Assembly (NCBI RefSeq): GCF_037042905.1
Contig: NC_087245.1
Location: forward strand, 38,566,001 to 38,630,000
Reading direction: 5' to 3'
DNA: 64,000 bases
Source of the DNA: Lytechinus pictus
Lineage: Eukaryota
Part shown: positions 40,701 through 53,865 of the stretch, piece by piece
How the letters are laid out: every line of letters begins with the position of its first letter
How positions within the stretch are numbered: the first letter of the stretch is position 1
Notes under the pieces: generated by a model
The model's input: the letters and a program-made list of their open reading frames with translations, nothing else
The model's database searches: none
What the model was told of the DNA's origin: nothing
Program-made: the position numbers and the translations under genes

Positions 40701-43700
40701 GCCTTGCTATATGTTCATCAAAACGTTGGATATCACACAGAGTGACATCTAGATGTGAGTTGGAATTAATTTTTGACATATTTGATTCAAGATTTTGCGA
40801 AAACTTTAGTATTCTGTCAGTGATACTTTACATTTTGTTGAAGGCGTGGGACTGGGGCGGCTGAAACCCGAACTTTTGTTTTTTTTTCTTCTCGCTCTGC
40901 AAACGATTGTCAAAGGTCAATATTCGTATATCTGATTGAACTTTGCCATGTACCATTCTATTCAACAGGTCCTATGCTACAAAATAAATATAACTTGTAA
41001 TGAACAAAAGTAAATTTATAAAAAAATATTTCAATTTGTTTGGAACAATGCCTACTTATTACCAGTTTTATTGTTTCCTCCAGTGAGTAATTGCCATTAT
41101 GCATAGGAATCTGTAGGTGCTAGAGGGTTAAACTAAAAATCTAGCTGAGCACTGGGGCTTGCATCTGTTGTTCATTTAAGCTATTTTGTGTTCATTTAAA
41201 ATGGTTGAAAATGAAAATAAGGAAAATGATTCAAAAGCTTATAGGAATCTCATTAACATTCCAGGGGGACCAAGTACTGACAAAAAAAGTGCTGAATCAT
41301 AAGGAGTCTTTTCAATTACCCTGATCAATTGTAAAGATATCAATGTGCAAGTAAAATCCACATTCTACAATGCCTTGTTGGTACATACATGTACAGTGTA
41401 CATTGTACACGTACGTTTACAGGCATATAAAATGCTAATAACTGTACAAGGTGTATGTTTGTACAGTACACAATACATGTACATGTGCATTTACCTTTTT
41501 TTAATAATTTGAAGGAGGCCAGTTGATGTATTTTTGTTTTATACATGCACCCAATAATCAATCGATGCCACCTGTCACTGAGTTTTATACAGATTCCATA
41601 CAGTATACATGGTAGTACTTTAGATAATTAACCCTAATTGACCAATGCTTGCAGACTATAGACGCAAGCAAGCCTAAACTAGATGCATTGACTTCAGAGG
41701 ACTGTATGGTGGCCATAACTGGGGTTTTCCAAAGAAAAACTTTTGATTGGATAGGCAATGAACCGGTTGCATTGCTATGTCAGTGCATATATATTATCTT
41801 TTGTTGGGCATACTTGTGAAGCCCCAAACCTAGTTATACAAATATTTAAAATTGCAGAGCTTTGGTCTACACATGTATAAAGACTGCAAATCTGCCCATT
41901 CTACATCACACCACTGTGTGTAAGAAACAGCTTTCCATTGCTGGAGATAACCCCATTCCAATATGTATACATGCCGCAAAAAAAAAACAACAACAAAAAC
42001 TATGAGAATCACTTGAGTAATATCACAAGTGAATTTCTGTAGCTTTATTTGTACATGTATCTTCCCCCTGTCCTCCCCACCCTGACTTTAAAAGTTCATT
42101 TACAAAACTGCTACAATTGGCAGGTGCTGGGTGTATTTAGCAGAGTTTTTTTCAATTATATGTTGTCTGCCACTGCCAGCTATTACAGGAGGCAGATGTT
42201 TAATGTCTAATAATTACAAGATTTCTTTCTCTTTTTCTTGATGTTTATTTCATTATCACATTTTTTGTAATGTCAAGCTATAATTTTGCATCATATCCAA
42301 TAAACATCAATTTTTTTATTTCCGTTTCAAATGTAACATTTTCTTCAGAACTTCTCAAGGAAATGTCAGAAGTTATGATATAATCTCCTTTTTTTTTTTT
42401 TTTTTTACTTTTGAAATATATGTACACGTAAAATTACTGTTTTGTTGCATTTTTCCTGACGGTTAATCTCAAAATCCAAAGATTTCATAAAATCTTAAAT
42501 TTGAAAATGTATCACTAAACCAGTGTTCACCGGCAATACAGTTTGCCTTTTTTACGAGTAGCAGGCCTAAATCCCCTTGTACACTACCATTTATATGCAT
42601 TAACCATGGCAACGCAGTTCTGATGCATTCAAGGCTGCTTGGCTACCTTCACTGAAGGAGGACTTTTTCGACAAAACATTTTATGATTGACGAAACCCAG
42701 GTGGGGGCCAGCTCAGGGAAATGCATAAAATGAAACATAATATTTCTGAAGGCGTGTTGTGCTATGTATATATGTCGGAACTAGCGCAATAGCATGTTCT
42801 TGTGAATTAGCCTACATGTACATGTAATTAGCCTGACATTGTAACTGAAGCGTGCCTTTGTGAGAAGTTCACTCTGTGTAAAGTGTATTTTCAATGTTCT
42901 TGTGCAATGAGTAATAGATGGCTAAATTGGTAGTTCGGTAGTGTTCAGTGCTCAATTTAATCACAATCAACCTGGTGAGTGTTTCATAAGGCTGTTGGTA
43001 TTTAGTTACGCACAACTTTAACATGATCTTAGGTGCGAAAGTAGTTACAATAGGGATCATGTGGCAAAAGAAAGGTCACCATTCGTGCGTAAAGTCGTGC
43101 GTAACTTTACGAACAGCTTTGTGAAACACCCACCAGGACTGGTATTCATGTATTGTAACTAATGGAACAATCAACATGATGAAAAGTAATTTTATTTTTT
43201 AAATAACAGAAACGGGTATGAAAGGATGCGTTTGACTCTGATATATCCACCACACAAGTAAACTCACTTCCAAAATTTTGAGAAAAAGGCATTTCGGGAA
43301 ATTACATGTATATCACATGACATATATAAAGCTGCTTCATGTACAGTACATGGTACATGAAGTCTGAGGCATCAGTTTATTCTCTAATTTTCTGCTTTTA
43401 CTACAATAAACTTATTGCCAGGGTGAACTTTCCTTTTAATAGACAGGTGTAGTGTATGTATTATATATTGATTTCTGCTTTTCTTCAACACTTCAAGCTG
43501 ATGAAATTGCACTTTCTTTCTCCTTCTTTCGGATATTCCTTCATGCTCCAATGATTCTACCTACCTTTCACGCTTCATTGATGGAAAGAAATGCTAATTT
43601 GGACGAATTTTACAGCGTGCATCAAAGGGTATGCCAGCATGCAAGGCTTGTGAGACGCCAAAGTGCAATATATCACAATCTTAAAGGGGGAAGTCCCCCA

Positions 43701-44217
43701 ACAAAACATGTCTTTATAATAATGACAGGGACATGTTCAGCGACAACTGGCAAATTTGGCAGGTTTAGGGAACAAGGTATCAGTCCAAGCAAACTCACAG
43801 AAATTCATGATTAATAATAATACTATTAATTATTTAATCATAAAAAATAGTAATCAATAACTATACAACATCAAAGAAGTCAAAGAATGAGAAGAAGACA
43901 AAGAAGATGAAGATGACGAACAAGAACAAGAAGAAGGAAGAATAAAAGAAGACATTCCTACCTGATCTAAAATAATAATAATCTCAACTTGAAAATTATA
44001 CACTTATAAAACACAACATCTCAAGAGCAAAATGCCATAAATTATCTTAAATTGATATCTAATAACAATGTAAATATACTGCTTTATGCCATAATTTAAA
44101 TTCTTTAGACTTCAATCAGGAAAGGTTCATTTCAGTTCACTGTACTATGAACCCTCAGACTCCAAAGAACAATTACATGCCCTATAAACTGTAAGGAGGG
44201 GAAAGAAACCCCCCCCC

Positions 44218-44252
<35 letters not shown>

Positions 44253-47200
44253 CAAAAATCAAATAAATGCAAGACAATAAATAAACAAATAAATACCGGT
44301 AGACAAAAATAAATCAATATATTCATATAAATAAATTGATTAACTCATGAAAATGAAAGAATGAAAATAAATGAATGAAAATTTTCTAAATAGATCAAGA
44401 GTCAAAGAAAGACAGATACACAATCGAAATAAAACTATTAAAATAAAAAAAATGAATGAGTTCAATACAAAAATTATAATGAAACAAGAGGTTTTTTTTC
44501 TTTAAAAAATGAATAGATCAGTAGGTTGTCAAGAAAAAAAATCATCCCTATTGTGTAATGCCACTACCCCCATCCCTTAAAAAAACCCACACAAAACGTT
44601 CTAATCTGGGATTGCCTGTACATGTAATATACAGGTAAGGTTCAGTGTTTGCTCAATGACCAAAGTTCCCAGTTAAACTGTAACAAGGGTTTGACAATGA
44701 TTAATTGGAATGGAATTGAAAGTCTACACCTGCCTAGAGTACTGCATTCAGAAAAGCATGAAGGTTGAACTGGGTACAGTATGAACCAACATTATGTAAA
44801 TGTACAAGTTTATGTTTGGGTGATCACTGTGATTGCTCATGGTAATAACTAGTCTGCTGTGCAAACTCTATACTCGAATTAAGGGTCTGAATGTGCAGTC
44901 TATAATGCGTTGTGTACTGGAGACTCTCTTGCTCAATTGGAACAGCAAGTTTTGTATGTGCTAGTCTTTGCGTGGAGACCAACTTTTTTATCAAAGTTTC
45001 AATCAGGGTCTGTGCCTGCAGACTAGGTAGTAGCTGTTATCAGTGGGCGGCTGGTTCTACCAGTAGAAAGGGACTGTTTAGAACATTGCACAACATGGGG
45101 ACTTTTGACCTCGTGAAAAGATTAGCATAAATTATACCAGTGATCAAAGCTAAGAAAAAATGAGGAAATTTGCTTATTTGCAGCCCTTCCATCTATTGGA
45201 CAACATTCTGTTTTTCAAGCCATTTTTCAAGGGGTAAAATAAATGACTAACATTTTTCTCATCAAGCACACCAAATGCCTCGGCAACGCTAGTAGACATA
45301 TATGACAAAAGCATGGATACATATAACAGCAAGTCCAAGAAATTTGACACCATTTAAAGATTTTTTTAAACATTTAAAAAACAATAATATGCATATTGAT
45401 TTTGCTGTGTTATTATTAGTATGGCAGATATCTTTGACAAGAATATTGTTGTGAAGTTTGATGACATTTGACATTGAGTTACATATTTTCATCAACAATA
45501 TACAACAGTATGGAGCCACAAAAAGGGAAGATATTTCAAAACGAAGTTCCAGTTAAATATTTTCTGAAAGTATTTCATTGCCTTTGTCTGTGAAGAAAGA
45601 TCTTAACTGTCTTTCATATTACTAAAGAATAAAGCATGTCTTGTGGATGTACATTTAATTACAAAAAGCACACCTTGCACAGGGCATGGCACGTCTTATG
45701 TGTATGGGACAGTTGTTATCAATTGATTTGTAAAAGGAAAATCATTATTTTATGGAACAAAATAAAAGCTAATCCTTTTTTTTTATTCAAAAACAAGAAT
45801 CAAACCAATTTTTAATTACTCAAATTGATTCATGTACATCCCCTCAACATTTTGCGCGATAAGTTTGCATTGCAGGGAATAATGTTGTTTTACAAATTTG
45901 AATACCGTAAGTAACAGTCTATTAACCGCACCTTTTTCTCGGCGGGATAGAAGCAAAAGTCGGGGGTGCAGTTTATCCATGGTGACGGGTCTGAGCCAGC
46001 CCGTCGTAACCCCTCCCGAACACGTAAGACGTCTGCCAGTTCACAACACTTCGAGTGGCCGGGCGTAGCCGCCCAGGGCAATGTCGTTTAGAGGGGTATG
46101 AGCCGCGGGTAATGAGAAGCGATTATCACGATCTTAATCAAATATTGTCCATAACAAGCACACCCACTTTCATGACACTAATTTCGACTTTATTCTCGAT
46201 TTAAAGCAGCGAAGTTCCCTGGCTAAATTCAAAGAGACGCCAAGCATACTCGGTAATATTTTGTCACAGCTGAGCGAGAATTGAGTGAGCTGAGCTAGCT
46301 TGCGTTGTATTGTGGTTATAGTGCGACTTAAGCTGGCGCTATTCATTTTAACCCCTCCCCTCCAAAGTCCCGTTTCGCGCCAGCTTATTTTTTCTTTCCC
46401 GTTTGCTTTTCATAATATACCATGTACACTACGCACGAGAGAGACGACACGAAGCCGTAAAAACAACTGGAAAAAATGAAAATTTCTTTGTTTCTTGAAC
46501 CTTCTTGTAATCCCGTATCCAAAATTCATGCTAAGACATCGAATGCTAGACAAATTCTGAAAGTGATTGTGAGGTTGTGATGCAAGAAATGTGAATGTTT
46601 CTTCCTCCTATTTCAAGAAAAGTGCACAAATTTTTCAAACTAACTTTGAGGACTACTGTACGTCTGGATGGAAAAACCTTTGATTACAGCACTATATCAA
46701 AGTTACACATAATTTCAAAAAAAGTAGCATGCCAAATATACTCAAAATATGATTTCAAACTGTTTTCAGACAAATACATGTATTGCTTTGACTGGTAAAA
46801 AAATGTTTAAAAAATGTATTTTTTTTCAAATATAGGCCTAATGGTCAAAAACCCCAAAGCAACACATGGTATAAATTTTTTTTTTTTACAAAAATACAAA
46901 TTAAGTTTTGATACCATTTTCATTTGCAGTGAATTTGTTAAGATGATCATAAGGGGTATTTAGATACAAAAATTAGCACATTTATATTTTTATAAAGATG
47001 ACAATCAACTACAAATTTACCTTTTCCCAATACGAAAACACTTTTTACCTAGGTTCTATCACCTAGTTTTATTAATCAGGAGTCAAAATAAGTAAATCAA
47101 AACTTCCAGAAAATATGAATAGTCAATGTATGATAATTAATTCAAAGAAATTTTTAAAACTAAAATATGAGCCAAGTTTATGGTAAATGTACAGTTTGCA

Positions 47201-50200
47201 TTAAGCCAATCCTGTCTTAATTGCCAATTACAGTCCACTAGACCACAGAAAGGAACGAGATAAAAAATTATTCTAACTGACGTTAGATGAATATTTTCAT
47301 TATCCTATGCAAATGTTGTTTTGAATTCTATGCATATGAAGGCACCAATTCTTGGTTTTCTGAGATGACATTTTATCAGTGCGTATAAATTTTATTTTGC
47401 GTAGCTATAGATGATACGTGTCAGAGCAGTGCCTGCGTAGACATACCCATCGCGTATCTTACCATCGCAACGCAGATGATGTGCTTGCGCCCATGTTTAC
47501 TTTGACGAAAAAATTAAAATAAAGTTAAAAGTGGGTAGGAGCTATGTTATCTCCACGACGTCGATTTCATCAATGTTTAGGTGAATTAACTCCAAATGTT
47601 GACATGAAAATGAAGAAAAATGATATATTCATTGAGAGTAACACCTTTAACGATATTCCTGTACAATCAGGAATTATTACATACTTTTCTTGACTAATAT
47701 TGTCTTTGAAATGATGCAATACAGACATCGAAAAAAAAAAAGATAAGCATCGTCTTTTTTACCCGGGAAGAAGGGGGGGGGGGGGACCATTGCCACTTAC
47801 ATTGACGAGTGGATACCATGCGCGACCAAAAAATATGTAAAAAGGATGTCTTTTTCAAGATAAGGCACATTACGTACATGTATGTAACGTAATATTAATA
47901 AGGATGTCAAAAACACTGAACACTGCTACAATTAGCAGAGCAGAGCGCAGAGCGCTGTCCGACCATCGCCTCTGCGCTAGCGCACCCCGCGCCCGTGCTA
48001 ACTGCATGCACGTATGCCAGTTCCATAGGGATGCATATGCACTCAAACGCAGGTGACCCGTTCCATGGACTCCCGTTTCCACAAACATTTGTAGAGAATG
48101 TAGTTCCGAAGCCCGTTCCGAGGACCCTCCTTTTTACAGTAGAATAAGCCCGCTCCAAGGCCCCCGTTTTTTGTCTCGCCCGCGGCACGTACCTTCTACT
48201 TTTTTGGACGAGTACCCCCCCCCCCCCACCCCGGGCTCAGAATACCACCCCTGGCCTGGCCTGGCCTGGTCAGCACTGTGCACCGGCATCACACACTCAG
48301 TCACACAGCAGCAATGCCAGGCTGGCCCGCGCCCACCACATCATCAACAATTACCGGTACCGGATCAATCATTCAGACATCACACACGATCAACACACAG
48401 CATCAGTCAGCAAGCCAAGAGACATTTACTTTTTAATTTTAATGACAACGAATACTTATACTCACTTCACAAATGAACCTCTATAATCAAGACCTCTAGA
48501 ATAATAGAACGTCAAACTGAACAATATACCGGTAGTAGATAAACTGGTAAAAGAGGTATCTTCCTATTCCTATATCAATCACGTTATGTAACCACGACAA
48601 GATCACCTTCGCTCCACTTCAAGCTCTGACGTTGTCGAAGCTGGGAGAGGCAACGAATTGTTTCTGTGGGGAGAGGTCGCCATATACATTGCAAATAATA
48701 TAACAAGAGATGGCGCTACACTCATGAAAAAAAGTCGTGGATTGAAAAAAATTCGTAGATTGAAAAAAAATATATATTATTAAAAAAAAAAAAAAAGTGG
48801 ATTGATTTTTTTCCAACAAAGGCTAATACTCACATAAATTTAGACACCCCCGCCCCCATCCTCCCTCTCCAAGAGGGTCGCCAGTGTCAGGGTGTTTTAA
48901 TACAGGGGAATAAAACCATGAATGTCACATCATTTTTTTTTCTAAATTCTGAATAACAGGGGTCATATCTTGCTTTCCGATATCTTGTTTCATTCCCTTT
49001 TTATTCCCCTTGTTTAGGAGCGGTCTTGTCTTGTCTCGGGTTAGGTCGGCATACGCAGGCTTGCTAGCTGTACTCCGTCAACTTCGCCAAAGAGCACAAA
49101 ATCAGGTACATCTTACGATAAAGACAACTCGGGCCAGCACCGTTACAAGACACCATTTTCACCATGTCTTTTCACCCCATTTTTACATGTATTTCTAAAT
49201 ACTGGGGGGGGGGGGTTACCATCAATTAAACAGCCCCGGTTTTTTTTGGCCAGCGACACATACCTCTTTAGGATCGAGTGCCCCTCCCCCCCCCCCCCCC
49301 CCCCGTTCCCAGGGTACTCAGCCAAAGTTTGGAAGAGGCCGGGGAAGAAAATGACTGGTGCAAGGTAACGATGAAGATTACCCATCCCATCCCCGCCCCC
49401 CCCCCCTTCCCCTTAGTCTTCTCCGTCGTTTCATAACCGCGCGTGATCGCGACGAAAATTGGCGCACACATCAAAATCATGGTATTCCCACTAACTTACA
49501 TGAATATCATAATTAGTAAATATATTATTGATGAATAACTAAATATATTAGGAGCACATGCTTCAATAAAAAGAAGAATAATCTAACATCCCGATATACT
49601 TTGCGCAATTTGAGGGATTCCAATCAAATTCAATGCTTTATCATAAATATTTTCTCATGATTTTTTTTTTCTGTCATTCATTGGTTCTTGGAGGTTTTGT
49701 GGGTTTTTTTTCGACAAAATCCATCAGCGACACGTAGTGTGGGAAAATATAATGATCAACCAAAAAACACATTTTCATACCCTTTTCTTTAATGAAGTCG
49801 GCTCAAGGATGTTTTGAAAGAACTATTACATATTGATTGTTCGAAAGCGGTCGGAGTAGATGGCATTCACCCTAAGTTTCTTAAGCTGGCAGCAGAGAGT
49901 ATAGCTGGCCCTTTAACCCATTTATTTAATGCAACTTTACAAACTAGTGTTATTCCAGAAGATTTTAAAACAGCAAGAATTACTCCTGTACATAAGGGAG
50001 GATCATTTGATATTGACAATTATAGACCAATTTCTGTGCTTCCAGTCCTGTCCAAAATACTAGAGAGAGCAATACATGATCAAGTACTTAAATGTAAATG
50101 ATCTACTTGCAAATTGTCAGTCTGGCTTCAGACCGTCTTATTCTACTGCCACTTGTCTAACTGAGATTACAGACTTTTTGTATGATAAAATGGACCGAAA

Positions 50201-53200
50201 ACATGTTACTGGTGGTATTTTCTTGGACTTACGCAAAGCTTTTGATGTTATTCCTCACAATTTTATACTTGCAAAACTTAAGTACTATCTGTCTATGGTA
50301 TTACTGGCAATGAATACAACTGGATGGAATCGTATTTAACAGACAGAAGGCAATTTGTAATGATTAACAATTGTCGCAGTGAATTTTTGAAGATAAAATC
50401 AGGTGTCCCACAAGGATCTATACTGGGTCCATTGATATTTTGTATTTTTATTAATGACATGTGTAATTTGAAATTGCATGTACATTCTAAAATGTCTCTT
50501 TATGCTGATGATACCGCCATTTTTAATCACGGTGAATCAATTAAGGAGGTACAAAAGTATTTGCAAGATGATTTTGATTCAATAAGTAAATGGCTAGACT
50601 TAAATAATATACATTTACACCCGCAAAAAACAAAAGCCATGGTATTTGGTCAAAAGAAAAAGTTGAGGGGTGCTCATTTGTCAGTGAAATTCAGGAACAT
50701 ACAATTAGAAAATGTAAAAAAGATTAAATACTTAGGTGTCATGCTCGATCCGGGCTTGACTTGGTGCGAACATATTACTAATATCGTTTGTAAAATATCT
50801 CGGGCAATAGGTTGTGTAAGGCGGATTAAGCACTTACTGTCCTTTGATATTATGAAGAAGCTGTACTTTTCTATGGTTTTACCTTACATTGATTACTGTA
50901 TTACATCTTTGGGAAGCAGTGCAAAAATACATTTAGATAAGATACAAAAACTTCAAAATAAATATGCCAGAATGCTTTTGAAAAAAGATTATAATACATC
51001 ACAAATTTCTTTGTTGCAGTCACTGAAGTGGCAATCAGTAGATCAGCGTATAAAATATCAGTATTGTGTTCTTGTATATAAAATAATGAATGATTTAGTT
51101 CCAAATTATTTAAAACCTTTAGTATGTAAACGGCCCGTGAAATACAGGACACGGTATTCTTTACGATGCCCCCTTCAGCTTCCCAAAGCTAGAATTGAAC
51201 ATAAAAGAAAATCTTTCGCATATCGGACCCAAATTATTTAATGCACTTCCTTCAAATTTACAAGTTTGTACCTCCTTGTTAGTTTTTAAAAAAGTATGCA
51301 AAGCCTTTCATACGAATTGATAAAGATCGAAATGATATTCCTTTGATTTACAATGCTATATGTATGTTTAAATTGTCACTTCCCACTCTATATTTTGGTG
51401 TTAATTGTTTCTGATGTTAGATATTTTGTATTTTGTATTTTTGATGTTGTTTGTTGTTGTTGTTCATAGTTATCTTGACATGTATTTTAAACTGCAGGGC
51501 GCCTTTGTAAAGCAGTTTTAAGAACTGAACAGGCCTACCCTGCAGTATAAAATAAATAAAACAAAATAAATAAATAAATAAATAAATAGTTTAGACGTGC
51601 TGGATACTTGTTTGCCGCCCGACCCGTTTCCTCTTTATCTCCGACCCCTTATAGATTTAAAATCAAACTATAAGATTTCGATCGCATACCAATCCATAAT
51701 TAGATTATGGAAATATCGATCACCTCGCTGCTCGATTTTTTTATTTACCTGAGCATTTGGCATAATAAATACAGAGATATCATGCGGAAAGATACAGAAA
51801 GGGTTCAAATCATATGCAACACGAACAATAGCCGGGCGCACATACATGGTCCGATACGAGGCGATTGTTTAAAGGACAAGTCCACCGCAACAAAAAGTTG
51901 ATTTGAATTAAAAGAGAAAAATCCAACTAGCATAATGCTGAAAATTTCATCAAAATCGGATGTAAAATAAGAAAGTTATGATATTTTTAAGTTTCGCTTA
52001 ATTTCACAAATCAGTTATATGCACATACCGGTTGGTATGCAAATGAGGGAACTGATGACATCACTCACTCACTATATCTTTTGTATTTCATTATAATTAT
52101 GAAATATTCTAATTTTCTCCGCATTGTCCTGTGGAACAAAGTTTTATGTTTCCCTGGACATGCATGTGGAATTACCATTGCTTAACATTTTATGGTTCAG
52201 TCAAGTTGGTCCTTATTGTCAAATCTGTAAAAATTGAAATATTGTGAATTCAAACAATAAAAAACAAAAGAAATAGTGAGTGAGTGACATCATCAATTCT
52301 CTCATTTGCATGTGACTAAATTGTGCATGTAACTATTTTGTGAAAAATAAGCGAAACTTTAAATTGTCATAACTTTCTTATTTTACATCCGATTTTGATG
52401 AAATTGTCAGCATTATGCTTGTCTGATTTTTCTCTATTAATTCAAATCAACATTTTTCTGAGGTGGACTTGACCTTTAAAAATCGCATCTTGCATTTAAA
52501 TGTGAAAGTTGAGTAGTCATTTTTGTTTCATTTGAAATTCGGCATAATGTTAGGAATAATAAAATCATAATTTTGCTTTGCGACAAGACCTGTGGTCGCA
52601 GTAAAGTCCAAATCAGCTTCAAGTCACAGCCACGTTGATGACGTCATTCTGATTCGGAATAGAAATTGCTGTTTTATTCCTACAGGGAGACTCGAACTAG
52701 ACTGAATTTTTATTTCAGTAATCCTACCAATATTACGAACTCTAAGATTTTATTGGTTGGAATGTTCATATCAAATGTTATTACAATTTCTTTGAAAATC
52801 AAATAGCAACGAATCGTAAAGCGCGCGCCGGGCTTCAAACGCAAACCCGGATTCGTTGCGATCTGTATTTCAAAGAAATCGGAATAACATTGAACATTCC
52901 AACCAATACAATCTTAGCGATCAGAGTTCAAAATATTGGTAGGACTACGGAAATCGAAATTTAACCTAGTTCGAGCCTCCCTGTAGGAATAAAAACAAAT
53001 TCAAACCCAAATCGTGATGACGTCATCATCGACTGCAACTTGAAGGCGATTTGTACTTTACACCGACCACAGGGCTTGCCGCAAAGCAAAATTATGATTT
53101 TTTTTATTACTCACATTATGCCGAACTTCAAATGAAATCATCTTACTTCTTGGAACTTTCACATTTAATGCAAAATGCGATTTATTAAAAAAAATCGCGT

Positions 53201-53815
53201 CGCAACGAATCGCATAGTGTGAGCCGGGCTTAAGTCTCGATTCTTTTCAACCAATAAAAAATGCGCCTTTTTTTTTTAACTTGATTTTTATTAGTTGCTT
53301 TATTTAAAGTAGGTCGTTTTGAAGATATTTAAGGACGGTAAATGGGTGAACAGAGGCACGAACATGCATCCTTCCAGAATTTCCACCATTTTCTTGTATG
53401 GAAATTTAAGCAAGATTCATATAATCATAGTCATAATAAATTACAATTATTTCTTTAATCAATAATATGCATATACATTATGCGCAAAGTTGCGGAAGTC
53501 GTATAGGTTTTCTTTTCACCGTGGAAAATTGCTGCCCTTTTCTTTGGTTTTACAATTTCTTATGCATTTCTTTGATCTTTATCTTTTGTATTTCATCTTA
53601 CTGTTTTTACAGAGGTTTTCATGGTATTGTTTAGACAAGTTATAGACGTAGCGATCCTGCAGAAAACACTACCATTTAGAGTATATAGGTTAAACATTTT
53701 TCATTCATCCATTTATTTATTCCCACTGTACGGATAAACAATGGAAATTCGGAGCTGATCAAAACGATACCAATCAAAGTATACATAACATATAGATAAT
53801 ATATTAAGAATAACA

Positions 53816-53865
<50 letters not shown>

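Noticed and set aside
49200..49410. Poly-G/poly-C runs as specific G-quadruplex regulators
   Set aside because: Such runs occur throughout the window, mostly at repeat termini, with nothing locus-specific.
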